From: Epiperipatus broadwayi
Lineage: Eukaryota > Animalia > Onychophora
Direction of reading: 5' to 3'
Length of the DNA: 64,000 nucleotides
Assembly (NCBI GenBank): GCA_028023455.1
Contig: JAQFVV010000002.1
Coordinates: forward strand, 16,678,001 to 16,742,000
The position numbers were made by a program, and so were the translations under genes. This document shows positions 26,128-38,700 of the stretch, piece by piece. Position 1 is the stretch's first letter, and every line of letters begins with the position of its first letter. The notes beneath the pieces were generated by a model. That model saw only the letters and a program-made list of their open reading frames with translations, was not told where the DNA came from and made no database searches.

Positions 26128-27006
26128 TGTTAAAACAAGCAAAAACTCACTATATATATATTGCCACACACAGCAAGCTAGAGTAATCAATGGATGCCAG
26201 AAGGTTTGTGCATAAAATTCCCATCTACTGCCTACTCATCCAATATCCCCAGACTAGTTTCTGGCTTATGGCATTTGTCAGTGAGGAGCCTTGGATCTGA
26301 GAGCACTGCACCTAGATCTTAGGATCTAATGCAACCCTCCAGCAACCACCCTTTATCTCCATTTAACTACAAAACTATGAGTCTTAAACTGAAAACACCT
26401 TAATGTTTTTAATCCAAGCCCATCAGCTTATATAGTCATATAGGTCTGAACTCAGTTCAGTACCTATACATTTTGATGTATTTGGTTTTTTAATAACCAT
26501 AGCCACGATTATCCTATTAGGCAGGATTGGTTTTAAGTCAATAAACATCACATGATTATCACCTCTTATGCTTGTGTATAACTGTTGTTAAAACAGGCAA
26601 AAACTCACTATATATCTTGCCACACACAGCAAGCTAGAGTAATATGCCAGAAGGCTTGGGCATAAAATCCCTATCTAGTGCCTACTCATCCAGTATCCCC
26701 AGACTAGTTTTGTAGTTAAATGGAGATAAAAGGTGGTTTGCTGAAAGGTTGCATTAGATCCTAAGATCTAGGTGCAGTGCTCTCAGATCCAAGGCTCTTT
26801 ACTGATGAAAGCCATAAGCCAGAAAACTAGTCTGGGGATATTGGATGAGTAGGCACTAGATGGGGATTTTATGCATAAGCCTTCTGGCATTTATTGATTA
26901 CTCTAGCTTTCTGTGTGTGGTAATATATATAGTGAGTTTTTGCCTGTTTTAATGAGTTATACACAAGCATAAGAGGTGGTTGTCATGTGATGTTTATTGG
27001 CTTAAA
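26128..27006. mobile_element. Nested foldback of HHR-bearing family F2: A-B (26128-26376), spacer, then C-A-B'-A'-C' (26532-27006)
   Basis: 26128-26376 is the reverse complement of about 26705-26952. 26532-26710 is the reverse complement of about 26824-27006. HHR motifs at 26247-26288 (-) and 26797-26837 (+). A diverged end of this family lies at about 4695-4775. Confidence 0.9.
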
Positions 27007-27099
27007 TCTACATAAAAAGAAAAAATACTTAGCTTAAAGTTGTCCTTTCATATAATCCATTCATTTAGTACCCATTGTCATTATCAGTTTTCTGAGATG

Positions 27100-27700
27100 T
27101 CAGCTATTCTATGGGTCTATTATTGTCTTTTAAATCCTTAGGTTTTTTTGGAGGACTACGCCATATGTTGTTGGCTGATTCTGTGAAAGGTACTTGCTGT
27201 ACATGGCTTCATGATATGAAATCCTTTAGTTTTTTGATGCCAGATTTTTCTCTACAGACTTCATTACTTTACTTTTCTTCATCCTGTTGCATTAATTCTT
27301 TCATATGTGATTCCAAAATCTCTTCAATGTTGTAATCACCAATTTCTTATCAGCATCTTTATCCAAAATGTTGACAGAATGCTGCATTAGTTATTGAAAT
27401 TAGTACATCTTGATGGTGTGATGATTCTTTGATCCATATATTGAAGAAGTGATTTGGGGTTTGGTGACATTAGTTGTTGCTATGATTTCAGTTGAAAAGG
27501 TATGTAGCTGTAGACTTTAAAAAAAAATCAATACCCTTAGAAAAAAATGTATACCTTTACTGTGAAACATATGGAGGAATAAAGCAAGAAAGGAAGAGTA
27601 AACTTGCAGTTGACAATTTATAGTAATCTTCTGCAAAATTGTTAATCATTGCACTGAAAAAACTCATACTGAAGTTTCTTTTTTTTTTTTAAATTCATAG
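27100..27700 (-). mobile_element. pogo/Tigger transposase relic
   Basis: The minus strand gives SLLQYMDQRII (cf. TSLLQPMDQGII) and IEEILESHMKELMQQDEEK (Tigger-like acidic C-terminus). Confidence 0.6.
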
Positions 27701-28048
27701 ACTTTTGTTATTTGTAGGAAATTATTTAGATTAAAAAAGCAATGTTTAATAATATTTAACTTAATTGCATTGTTGTAACAATAAAGATATTATTTATCAA
27801 CAGAGTAATGGTGGCAAAATTATAGAACTGTACATTACCAAAATCTAATCATGCAATTAACTTTGGAAAAATAAAAATTTTGACATAATTAAAAAAGAAA
27901 ATATGTATCTAATAGATTATGTGCTTATGTATTATAATCAATATTTAAGACTTTTTTCAGTATGTATTGTGCAGATCTAAATAAATAGCACTATATATGC
28001 AAATACTTTAGCTAGGGTCTTTTTTATGGCATGATATATCATATTTTA

Positions 28049-28800
28049 TTATATGCAGACTTTTCTTAGTTTTGCTGAAATATGAGGTATATAAGGAAGG
28101 CTGACCCATAGTTTAGTCAGATTGTTGTTGTTAGGAACTTTCTTAGTGCTCTTGTAAAAATGTTCTACCATTTTAATTAATTTAGTATGATTATATCTAA
28201 TGTCCATTAAATCTCTAACATATAATTCAATGTTAGCATTTCTGTTCACCTTATTACATAAGACAATTAAGAAAATAGCTGATTGGTTAAACAAAGAACT
28301 TGGGTTTGACCTTTATATCACCATCAAGTCATCCTGGGGATGCATTGAGAAAATTAAAAAACATCAAAGTTAATGAACAACATAAACTTGCCCTGTTGGA
28401 TATAAAGGAGCTCTATGGATCAATGCCTAGGGTTCTTTCCATTACCATTATATAGGAAGTTTTACAGCAAATTAATTACAATCAGCATAGGAGAGATTTT
28501 ATAATTGAGGTTTTCAAGTGGATTAACAATGAAATAATAGCTTGTACCAAGAGGAAGTTTTATCAAATGACTAGTGGGTGGCAAATGGAGCTGCCACTCA
28601 GCAGAATTATCAGCAGCACAGTTCTTTCAAAACATGAAATTCTTATCCTACCTAAATATTTGGACTCTTCAGTAAGACATATATATCAGATATGTAGATG
28701 ATATATTCATATGCACTGTGGAGCAAAAAATGTATTAATATTAATATAAAGCATCAACTCTTAAATGGAACATTGAAAATAAGAACATAAGCTGTTTTTC
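28049..28800. mobile_element. PLE RT fragment with internal inversion (28049-~28320 on -, ~28330-28800 on +)
   Basis: + strand: LLDIKELYGSMP, YQMTSG..MG..PLS and RYVDDIF. - strand: VSLPYIPHISAKLRKV, a PLE post-RT motif. Confidence 0.75.
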
Positions 28801-29159
28801 ACAGAGGTAAAACTCTCCATCAGTACGGTGATCATGTGATGTTTGTTTAAAACAAACACTATCATGTATATAAGGTGCACATAACATATAATGTCAAAAA
28901 CTGTGTCGCATCTAATTATTAGCCCTAATATCCTGCATATATACAGTTCAGTTCATTTTAAATATTAATAAGTTTATGATAGTTATAAATACAATCTTTG
29001 TTATGATTCAGATAGGGAATAAATTATTAAAATATTTAGCAGACTTATTTAATAGATAAATATCTAGTTTGTTTTTAAAAAAACTTGGAGTTAATTATAT
29101 AATAGAAATCAATCCCTGGATTAAGATTAAGTATTCACAATTCAAAATTCAATATCTAT

Positions 29160-29500
29160 ACTAAGAAAATAAAAGTTTTATTGGTTTTGTGTATATTACA
29201 ATATTGATTAATAAAAGTATGATTTTAATTATTGATGTTCTTTTTTGTGAGATTTTATCTGTTCAGAATGAACAAGTAAGATCTTATAGATGTAAGCCAG
29301 TGCTAAATGCTGCTGATTTAGAAAGGCTTAGAAAATGAAAACTATTTGTGTATTAAAGATTCATGTAGGAAATGATGAATACTGAGGATGGTTGACCAAA
29401 AAAAAATTACCTAAACAAATAATAGTATTTTAGTTTTTTTTTATTTTTATATATGACATTATATAGTTGTTAATAAATTTGCTTAGTAGTTACATAAGTA
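29160..29500 (+). mobile_element. PLE 3'-end fragment, homologous to 30790-31140, with weak HHR relic
   Basis: Shares the block atattgattaataaaagtatg...tgtgagattttat...gaacaagt (EILFIQSEQVNLI-like end). CTGAGGA TGG TTGA CCA AAAA at 29382-29402. Confidence 0.6.
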
Positions 29501-29637
29501 TTCTCTAAACTAAAGTGTATGGAACATTAAAATATCTCCATGGTTTTGTCTACATTATTTTGAGATTGACCACTGAGAAACATTCAGTATAGGATATTAA
29601 AATATGATTGTTAATGTTTTACTTATATTTCTATATA

Positions 29638-30057
29638 TAAATAAATCATTTTTATATAGCGTGATGTTTGTAAACTGTAATATTTAAAACAGCATTACGC
29701 TGTTGCACATGCGCTTTGAAGATTTTAACTATAAATGAATGAATACTAACACTCAACCACATGATAAAGTCTTTGGAAAAGATAGAATGGCATCTATCTT
29801 TTCGAACCCAAACGCTTTTGTATGGGCGAATCTTAAGTGTTTGAAAGTGAAAGCGTGAATATATTAAATAATCACTTTAAATTACTATTACATGCTTGAA
29901 TGAAAGAGCTAATGAAATTTACTAGAATTTACGATACATCATTCTTCTTATTTAATATTAAATGTATGTAAATAAATCATTTTTATATAGCGCGATGTTT
30001 GTAAGCTGTAATATTTAAAACAGCATTACGCTGTTGCACATGCACTTTGAAGATTTT
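29638..30057. repeat. 89-bp direct repeats (29638-29726 / 29969-30057) flanking a 242-bp core with a perfect hairpin
   Basis: 3 mismatches between the repeats. Hairpin gaaaagataga-atggca-tctatcttttc at 29776-29803. Confidence 0.85.
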
Positions 30058-30324
30058 CTATAATGCTTATAATTCTAAAAGTATTGGATATGTGAATATT
30101 TATTTCTTCTTATTGCACATCCCATCTTCTCAATCATCATCTTACTCACTCCATAGTGAATTGGTCTCAATTTAGAATATACACAAAAAAGTCTGGATGG
30201 ATTAATATATTGTTTATATATTTTTCTTTAATTGTGGCACTTCTAATATGGGATATGAAAAAAGGCTTAAAAAAGAATGACTGATGAAAATAAGAGATAG
30301 TTGTGGTTCATAAAGATAGTTATA

Positions 30325-31140
30325 TGTTATGAAAAGGGCTTGATTATGAAAGTTAAGAAAGCCCTGAAGAACATAACCTTCAATTGTTTAGCCCATGACC
30401 ATGAGGAAATAAACAAAATAAAATGTTCATTTAGTGAAACTACATAACTAAAATTCCATGAAATAAAGACTATAAAATTAATTAATTAAAATGTTTCACA
30501 CCAGATATTGTAAACAAATTGTGAAATGTTATCTAATCCTAGAGTGCATGAAGATTATGAGTTATTAAGAATCTGACATTGGTGGAAATAGATATGTTTA
30601 AGTCTTATAAAGGTTGCTAAGGGAGGTAGGTAGTGTTAATTATCTCCCACAGTAACCTTTATAAAAATTAACATATCTATCTCCAGCAATGTCAGATTCT
30701 TAATAAATTTAAATTTCTTCATCATGGTTGTGTGATCAAAGAAGCTCTAAGAAATCATGGGTTATGTTTCTCAGGGCCTTATAATCAAGTTTTTTCATAG
30801 AATATTGATTAATAAAAGTATGTTTTTAATTATTAGTAGTTACCTTTGTGAGATTTTATTTATTCAGAGTGAACAAGTTAATCTAATAGATGTGAATCAA
30901 TTCTTATGTTAATGGATTAGCAAGGCTCTGTAAAGGAAACTAAACCAATATGTGCTAAAAATTCAGGAAGTAGTTATGGTTACTGAATTAAGATTGTATG
31001 ACCCGGAAAAATCACTGTACAAACAACTAAGATTATTATAGTTTTCATTTTATATTTGACACTTTATTGATATTAATTACTAGATTGATACTAATTAATA
31101 AGTGTGGAACATTAAGATGGTTGCATGGATTGGCCTACTT
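30325..31140. mobile_element. PLE foldback (left arm ~30325-30630 on -, right arm from 30644 on +, internally deleted) running into a PLE 3' end
   Basis: ttaagaatctgacattggtggaaatagatatg... is reverse-complemented at 30644-30703, and tatgaaaagggcttgattat...cataacc at 30760-30799. The minus-strand relic DLNISISTNVRFLITHNL...SGV resembles the pre-GIY region. Confidence 0.65.
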
Positions 31141-31639
31141 TATTTTGGGTTTGAATCTTCATTCATTAACATCCAATATAAAATATTAAAACTTCATTGT
31201 TGATTATTTTAATTATATTATCTAAAATGCTCCTTCAATAAGCTAAATAAATAATTAAATGGTTTTATTGGTCAAGAGTTCATAAGAAATTTGAATGTTG
31301 GAAGTATTAGAACTGCAATCCATTTGAGGACCTTATACTCTAAAATCTAACACTCCATCAGTACCCCAAAAATACAAAGTACTTCTTTAATAAAAAAAGT
31401 AATTATTCACTGTTCCCTAAGAAATCAATGAAATATTATATTCCTCTTCTCACCATATATCTTCTTTATGCATTGATAAAATTATAAAAACAAATAAATT
31501 CACCTTTTATCAGTATAACCATGCTTATAATTATTTTATATTCAATCAATCTTACAGGTTACACTGACAAGTAGACTTTTCAAGAGCTAAATATAAATAA
31601 GTAGTAAATAAAAATTATTTACCTAGCCAATATAACAGT

Positions 31640-32700
31640 ACAAAACATTATATCTTATATATAAAATCCATATTTTCTTTGTTGTCTGATTGGTGAATGT
31701 ATGTTTGTCCATAAGGTTCTTACATGTCAAATTCACAACAATTTTAAAAAATTACATTTATGTGAAGAAAGTAATTCTTCCATTAATAAACCATAATTTT
31801 TATATGTCAAATAGAACAGATAATGATGGCTTTTCAGGCTGACAAAATTTCTCATATGTATTTATATAATATTAAAATCTTTTTTTTAATTTCTTGAAAA
31901 AATTGTTCATGCAACAATTAAAAAAAAACTATTACAAAAACATTGTGCATAATGCTGTCAGAATATATGCTTGTTTGTAGTGCTATCAAATTCACATACC
32001 AAATATAATAGGTAAATATTAAATATAATGAGGACATTTCTCACACTTATTTATATAATATTAAAATCTTTTATTTAATTTACATTAAGTCTTTAAAAAA
32101 AATTGCTATAACAACCAATTTAAAAAAAATATATTATGAAAATGATAGACTGAGAGGACATTGTTTTTGTATTCCACCATTAATAAAATAGAATTTTTAG
32201 AGTTGTTCCTAACATTGTAAAATTCACATACCAAATATAATAGGTAAATATTAAATATAATGAGGAAATTTCTCACATTTATTTATATAATATTAAAATC
32301 TTTTATTTAATTTACATTAAGTCTTTAAAAAAAATTGCTATAGCAACCAATTTAAAAAAAATATATTATGAAAATGATAGACTGAGAGGACATTGTTTTT
32401 TTACTCCACCATTAATAAAATAGAATTTTTAGAGTTGTCCCTAACATTGTAAAATTCACATATCAAATATAACAAGTCTATTTAAAATTTTAAATTTAGC
32501 TTTATTAATAGTTTTGGAAAGGCTGGGTACACAAAACTCTTAATAAAGATAAATGTATTAATACCTTGCTGGGTACATTTCAAACTTTTTTTTTCAAGTG
32601 TGAATTTCTCACATTTATTTATATAATATTAAAATCTTTTGCTTAATTTACATTAAATCTTTAAAAAACTGTTAAAACAGCCAATTAAAAAATATTATAA
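31640..32700 (+). mobile_element. Helitron-like repeat containing a 2 x 232-bp tandem duplication (31988-~32470)
   Basis: aaattcacata recurs at 31988, 32220 and 32452. Homology to 11125-11885. gctgggtac motifs at about 32522 and 32568. Confidence 0.55.
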
Positions 32701-33318
32701 ATATTATATTTACTAATAGATCATTTTTATTTCAAAGAATATAATGTGAAGACAGTAACACAAATTCACATATAAAAATAATGGCCTTTCATTATAAATT
32801 GAATTTTTTTTATATCCTATTATATATACTATAAAATATAAATTCTCAATGCCATTTTATATTGCAGATTTCATTTCAAATGCTCGCACTAACAATTATC
32901 AGTTCCAGGTTTATATTTTAAAAAAAAAAGGATTAAATTAAAGAGAATGCTTAACCATTGAGCCAATATGTTACAGAAATGGTAAAAGTATAGCAGTTGA
33001 AATTGAACCAATCAATATTTTTTTTCTTTTCACAAATGAAAAGATGACACCCTGATAAGGGCTGAAAATACATGCCTTTTCATTTGAAACAAATTACTTC
33101 TGAGAGGTGAAACATATTTTGAAATCCTGTTGTTGATTTTGTGGAGGTGATTTGGAAATATAATCTATTTTAGGTTCAATCATCTCCATTCTTATCTACT
33201 TTATATATTACTCTATATAAATTACACCAATTAATGATATTTTAAAATAATCCCATTAGGTTACCCATATAATCCTAAATATATAATCTCAAAGTCTATA
33301 ATATATTTGCATCATAAA

Positions 33319-33699
33319 GGCAGTAAATCCTTACGATTTTATATTATTTATTTTTTATTATATTAATTAACATTATCTATAATTATAAAAATAAGGCTAA
33401 CTTAAAACCTTATAATCTTTTATTATTTATCATTGTTTTTAAATTTATGTATAACATTTCTATTACTAATCTAAATATTAATTAGATTAGTTAAGACAAA
33501 TTTTAATTATAAATATTAAATTTAAAGGTTATAAAATAAAAAGTTTACACATTAATAGCTAGATTAGTAATAAAAATTTAATGACTAAATTTAGAATAAA
33601 AATATTAATAAATAAAAGATTATAAGTTTTTAAATTAACTATATTTTTATAATTACAACGGTATTAAAAAATTATATAAAATGGTAAGGAGTTACTGCC
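33319..33699. mobile_element. AT-rich MITE/foldback with long imperfect TIRs
   Basis: ggcagtaaatccttacgattttatat versus atataaaatggtaaggagttactgcc. The inner arms (ataaaaataa...ccttataatcttttatt) also match. No TSD resolved. Confidence 0.75.
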
Positions 33700-33977
33700 C
33701 TGACTGTAATATAATTAAATAACATGTATGTGTGTAGAGATGCGAAATATTCTTATTTTAAATTAATGATTAATAATTTAAAATATTAATAATGATAATG
33801 TGTGTATTCTTTCCATAATTTAATATTTTTAAGACATGTTGATGGTAGTGATATCTACACTGAAGCCTTCCATTTTTAATTACTCTGTATACTAGTAATT
33901 ATTATTTTAAATGCTTATATCTTGCTATACTTTATTAAAGCATTAATACATTGTACAGGTTTATTACCTGTATTTAT

Positions 33978-34390
33978 ATATGTGGGATTCGAACTCAGAC
34001 TTTCACACATCTCACAACTCTCAGTGCCATCTTATATTGCTGACTCACTTGATCACACACATGTTGAAACGATAAATGATCACCAATATATGTATTTGTG
34101 CTAAACCAGCACTCATCAGTTGATCCAGATTATCATCTCCACACATATATACAATCAGTACTCAGCTTTATATTAAGATAGCCAATCTTCATACTTTAAT
34201 GGACAGGCTTCAAACTACTCCAACCTACAATTCTTCAGCCTTTCGTTTCATTGAAAATCTGATGATGGAAAATGTTCAAAGCCTACGTTAGTGTCAAGGT
34301 TGTCATCCTACCCATGATGATGTTTAGTCATTCTGACACTTCATATACAGGAGAATAATCCATTTATGCATACATATGTGAGGGATGAAC
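33978..34390 (-). mobile_element. F1 copy e, the best-preserved B-box copy
   Basis: Sense (-) strand: atcaa CTGATGA GTGCT GGTTT AGCAC AAA TACATA TA TTGGT (34082-34124), then ...tggcactgagag...gagttcgaatccc. Confidence 0.85.
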
Positions 34391-34536
34391 AGACTTACTA
34401 AGCACATTAAGTTATGAATTTAATATTTAAAATACTTTTAATCAATATTATATTATTTAAAATAATATGATTGGTATTATTTTTGATATATTTGAATGAT
34501 TACTAAACATCCTTTTATATATTTGTATGTTCTTAG

Positions 34537-34808
34537 GATCAACGCCTTATGCTGGAATCACTGCAACAGATGTAATGATGAATATTAAAGAGGGTTTACG
34601 ATTAGAAAAACCAGATCATTGTAAAAGAGAATTGTATAATGTAATGTTTTATTGTTGGTACATTGATCCTGATCAAAGACCAACATTTGATGAACTTTGT
34701 GATATTCTAGAAAAACTTTTACTTTCTGAAACAGAATACATTGATTTAAATGAATTTCCTGATCATTATTACTACAATTTAAACAATTTACCCGGAGAAA
34801 AACTGTGA
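34537..34808 (+). CDS. Cad96Ca: RTK terminal coding exon (subdomains X-XI and C-terminal tail)
   Basis: cttag acceptor. (G)STPYAGITATDVMMNIKEGLRLEKPDHCKRELYNVMFYCW...EYIDLNEFPDHYYYNLNNLPGEKL*. The FPDHxYYN...GEKL tail is what I recall for Cad96Ca-family RTKs. The six exons sum to 981 nt without frameshift. AATAAA at about 34999 and 35015. Confidence 0.92.
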
Positions 34809-35208
34809 ATATGTTCTAACATTTATTTTCAATAACTATTTTGTATAAACAATTTTTAATTAAAATATTGCCTTACTAAAAGCTACAAATTTATTTAAAT
34901 ACACCACAAAATATTCAAAACTGACTAACACTTAACATGTTATAAATATTATTTCCAAGTCATTAGAATTGATTTTAACATATAATTGATTTTTATATAA
35001 TAAAAAGTCATTGTAATAAACATTGTAATACCATATCTAAAATACTTTAAGTTTAAAAATGTGCTGATGTTAAGATAACAATGAATCTAAAAAAAAGTTA
35101 TAAAAAGGAAAAAAAATGTGGAAGATTACAAAAGTTCTATTAAAAATTTTGAAATGAATTTTAAATCTCAGCCTAAAGCATTTTTGAATTTTAATAAACA
35201 TATCAATG

Positions 35209-35448
35209 TAAACAATGAGGATTTCCAATTCCTTTACAAGCTTTGTGATAAATGCTTAGCCAGAGCCAGCACTTAAAATATCTGTCAGGAACCCCTCCCC
35301 AAACCCCTGACCATGGTTTCGCGCTTTGGCACTCCTCAGTGAGGTGTCAGGGGTTTGGGGAGGGGTTCCTGACAGATATTTTAAGTACTGTCTCTGGCTA
35401 AGCATTTATCACAAAACTTGTAGAGGAATTGGCAATCCTCATTGTTTA
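35209..35448. mobile_element. 240-bp foldback element (103-bp arms 35209-35311 / 35346-35448, 5 mismatches) with an HHR in the loop
   Basis: Direct comparison of the arms by eye. The inner arms are GC-rich (acccctccccaaacccctgac). Confidence 0.92.
35304..35344 (-). ncRNA. Type I minimal hammerhead ribozyme (F3) with a complete catalytic core
   Basis: CCUCA CUGAGGA GUGC CAAA GCGC GAAA CCAUGG UC/AGGGG. Helix II is 4 bp, helix III is the palindrome ACCAUGGU, and the cleavage triplet is GUC (between 35309 and 35308). Helix I is 4 bp with an A.A mismatch at the first pair. Confidence 0.8.
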
Positions 35449-35484
35449 TAACTTACAAGCTTAAGAGATAGGGTCATGTGATCT

Positions 35485-36900
35485 ATGACTCATATTTTGA
35501 ATATCAATGTAATATTGAAAAACATAGCCTTGATATCTAATTACCATGGTATAAAGTTAAATGAATTCTGTCACAATTTGAAAAATATTAAGAGTAGTCA
35601 AATTAAAATAAATGAAACAACTAATGAGTGTAACAAAACAAATTCTAATAATTCATCAAAACATCTACTGGCAATAAAAAGTATAAATCAGCCAGATATT
35701 GAAAGAAAACTAAAAAACTTAGAAATAAAAAGAACTAATTTGTATGAAACTCCAACATTTATTCTGGAGGCATTCTGTGAATTGATAGTTACTTTAATAC
35801 AAAAATTATTGCAGTTATCATTACATAAAGAGATTTTCCCTAGGGATTTAAAAGTAACCAGAATTATACCTATTTACAAAAAAGATGATCGAAAGAATTA
35901 TAGAGCAATATTGATTTTACTAACTTTGTAAATATTTTTTGATAATTGTTTTTACTGATAACTAAAAAAATATTATTAAGATTATACCAAAATCTCAACA
36001 TAGTTTTATACCAAAAAGATCAGTAATTACCAATCTTGTAAGAATACAAGATAATCTGCTATAGCTACATGCCTTAAATCTTGGGAAAAAGAACTGATAT
36101 TATATATCTAGATATATTATTTGCATATAATTTAGTCTATGATAAATTAATCACCCTGATAAAATTGAATATACATAGAAAAGTACTTCTTTCTTAAAAG
36201 ATCATGAAATTTACATTTATTTCAATAAGTGAATTGAAAAGCATTAACCAAGGTATATCTAAAGGAGGATTTTTGGCACCATTATTATTTAATATTTTTA
36301 CAACATATATAAACCAAGATATAAAGCACCCATATTTAAGATAATAAGTGGTCCATTTGATATAATCAAATTACAAATAGTTTTGAAAACCAGGAACTCT
36401 ACGATTTTTTATACAAATTATTACAGATAACAAAAAACTCATAAACAATTTGCAATAAATTTTGATAATAATAATAATTCCTAGAGAATGCACTACAAAG
36501 AAATACAAAAACAAAAGTTATAAAACAATAGGAAAAGACAATAAAACAATAGGAAAAGACATTTTAATTGAATACTTTATCTCGATCAATCCACATTGTC
36601 AAAAAATTATTAGAACTATAACAGTTCTTTACCTTGGTTTGGTTTTGGAAGAACATTTACATAGGTATAAACATATTCGTTTCAAGTGAAATTAGAAAAT
36701 TGAATTTTCTCTTTCATAGAATCAGAAATATTTTACATAAATTTAATCTGCTAAATGTATTTGAACAAATATATTTAAACAGATTATGGTATGGAATAAC
36801 ATTATAAAGTGATACTTTGCAAATGCTAAAAATTATTAAGTTCAAACCAAAAATTTTTGATTTAAAAATATTTGAATTACATAAATGGGCTAGAGTTATA
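35485..36900 (+). mobile_element. Decayed LINE (CR1/Jockey-like) ORF2
   Basis: LQLSLHKEIFPRDLKVTRIIPIYKKDDRKNYRAILIL, NQGISKGGFLAPLLFNIF and LGLVLEEHL are LINE RT motifs. Multiple stops. Confidence 0.75.
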
Positions 36901-37699
36901 ACTGTCAACTAATTATTTATTTTAAACATTTTATATGAATATTTTAAAACTAAAGAAGTCAACAAAATTGACTTCTCAAATATTAATGTTAACCAGATCA
37001 TATAATCATAGTTTATTAATAGAACCAGTATTTTTTATAGTTTATTAATAGAACCAGTATTTTTATAAAACCTATTGTAGGTATCAAAAATGTTATCTTG
37101 ACCTAAATATTATAATGTGTTTATGAAGAACAATATTAATGATGTATCAAGAAAAAAATTAATTATGGATTGTAGTTAATAATAATGAAAAATTTATTTA
37201 TAATTAAGTTTTATATTAATAATTTTTACACATGTACATTTTTTTGATAAGCTCCATGCATTTTTTTTTATCACAAGATTATTTACTTTAATAAATTAAA
37301 TTATTATTATAAAAATAAACTAGTCTTTAACCATTACCATATCGACCTTGAAAATTTTATAATAATCGAACGATGTTGTTTTTTGACTATAGCAGGACCT
37401 CTCAAACCTCAACACAAGATAGTGACTAGAATTAAGATCATGAGTTGTAAGTCATTTAGAAATACTCTTGCAACTCATGATCTTAATTCTATAGACAGTT
37501 TTAATCATATCAACAATTTCATTAGCAGTTTTGTCCAATTTAAAAAACAAATTTTAGTGTTAGGGTGTTGGTCCATTAGAGATTAATATATGTCACATTT
37601 CATGTCACAATGTGATCCAGATATACTGGCACTTTAAAACTTCTATGGGGTAATCTAAATTATGTTGCTACATAACACATGTCTATTAGATATGATTGT

Positions 37700-38700
37700 A
37701 GATAGTTTGGAATTTGTACTGAAACACTGCATACATCTTTGCCAAAGATGAAAAAGTTCCTATAACTAATGTAAAATTGATGCCACTAACAGAATTGCTA
37801 TTCTAGTATCAAGTCAATGTAAATATACCAAAACGATATTGGTTTAAAATAATAGGGTGTTCTACATTTAATTTATTAGAATAATTGTATAAAAAGTTGA
37901 AACTAACTGCTCACTTACAAAGGCCACAAATCATAAATTAATCTGGGAATGAGCATATAATAGATTACCATCATTTGTCCATTAAGTGAAGAAAACTGGG
38001 GAGAATATAGGATATTTATTTGAATTGAGTAGACTTCATAAAATTCTATTTGCGAGATTTAGTGTAATTCATATGCATTTGATAACTCATCAATTATGAG
38101 GTTTATTTTTACCATGACCTTTTATTTCATGGCTTTGCTCCTATAAGTTTCTTTAAGTCTATGTAAATATTTTCTATCAATTGTTTCATAATATTTTGAT
38201 ATATCATCAAAACTTAAGTTTTCCAGATTTCTTTAATAGCACTGTATCTGTTTACTTTGCATTTTGTATCTGTGTGCTTTCATCCTATAAAGGTTTTCTT
38301 CTAATTTGACTAGCTTAAATATATATAAAAAAGTATATTTTTAATGTCTCTTGTTTTTATGTTCTTTAGTGCTAATATGTATATACTATTATCAAATTTT
38401 ATAACTTGTATTTATCTATATTTATGCAAATTGTGCGTTGAAAAATATCTTAGATATCTATAATAGCTCATTCCTTATTAACAGCTCAAATTGCATCTTG
38501 TTCTCTAAGATATGTGTGACACTTTGTTCTTTATCTTTCATTTCTTGAGATGTTTTCTATCAACAAATAACTTAGCTAGAAAAAGCACTTATTCAGCATT
38601 TATTTAGTTATTCTCACATCTAAGATTTGGTAATGTTTATTGACAGAGAATTACATTTATGGTTAGGTAATTTTTAAATTTATGATTAGCATATTTTTTT
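37700..38700 (-). mobile_element. Probable hAT transposase relic
   Basis: The minus strand at about 37.95 kb reads DK*W*SIICSFPD*FMI (cf. the WWxxxxxxFPxL dimerization motif), followed by TFSSLAKM (cf. ERxFS). Confidence 0.4.

Noticed and set aside
33033-33086. 11-bp inverted repeat around CTGATAAGGGCTGAAA
   Set aside because: Too short to form helix II and no cleavage site. It is only a small hairpin.
34255-34295. Second, opposite-polarity hammerhead in F1 (CTGATGA TGG...TTC AAA)
   Set aside because: CTGATGA is conserved in three copies, but all have TTCAAA (no TG variant implying CGAAA), and there is no consistent helix II, III or I.
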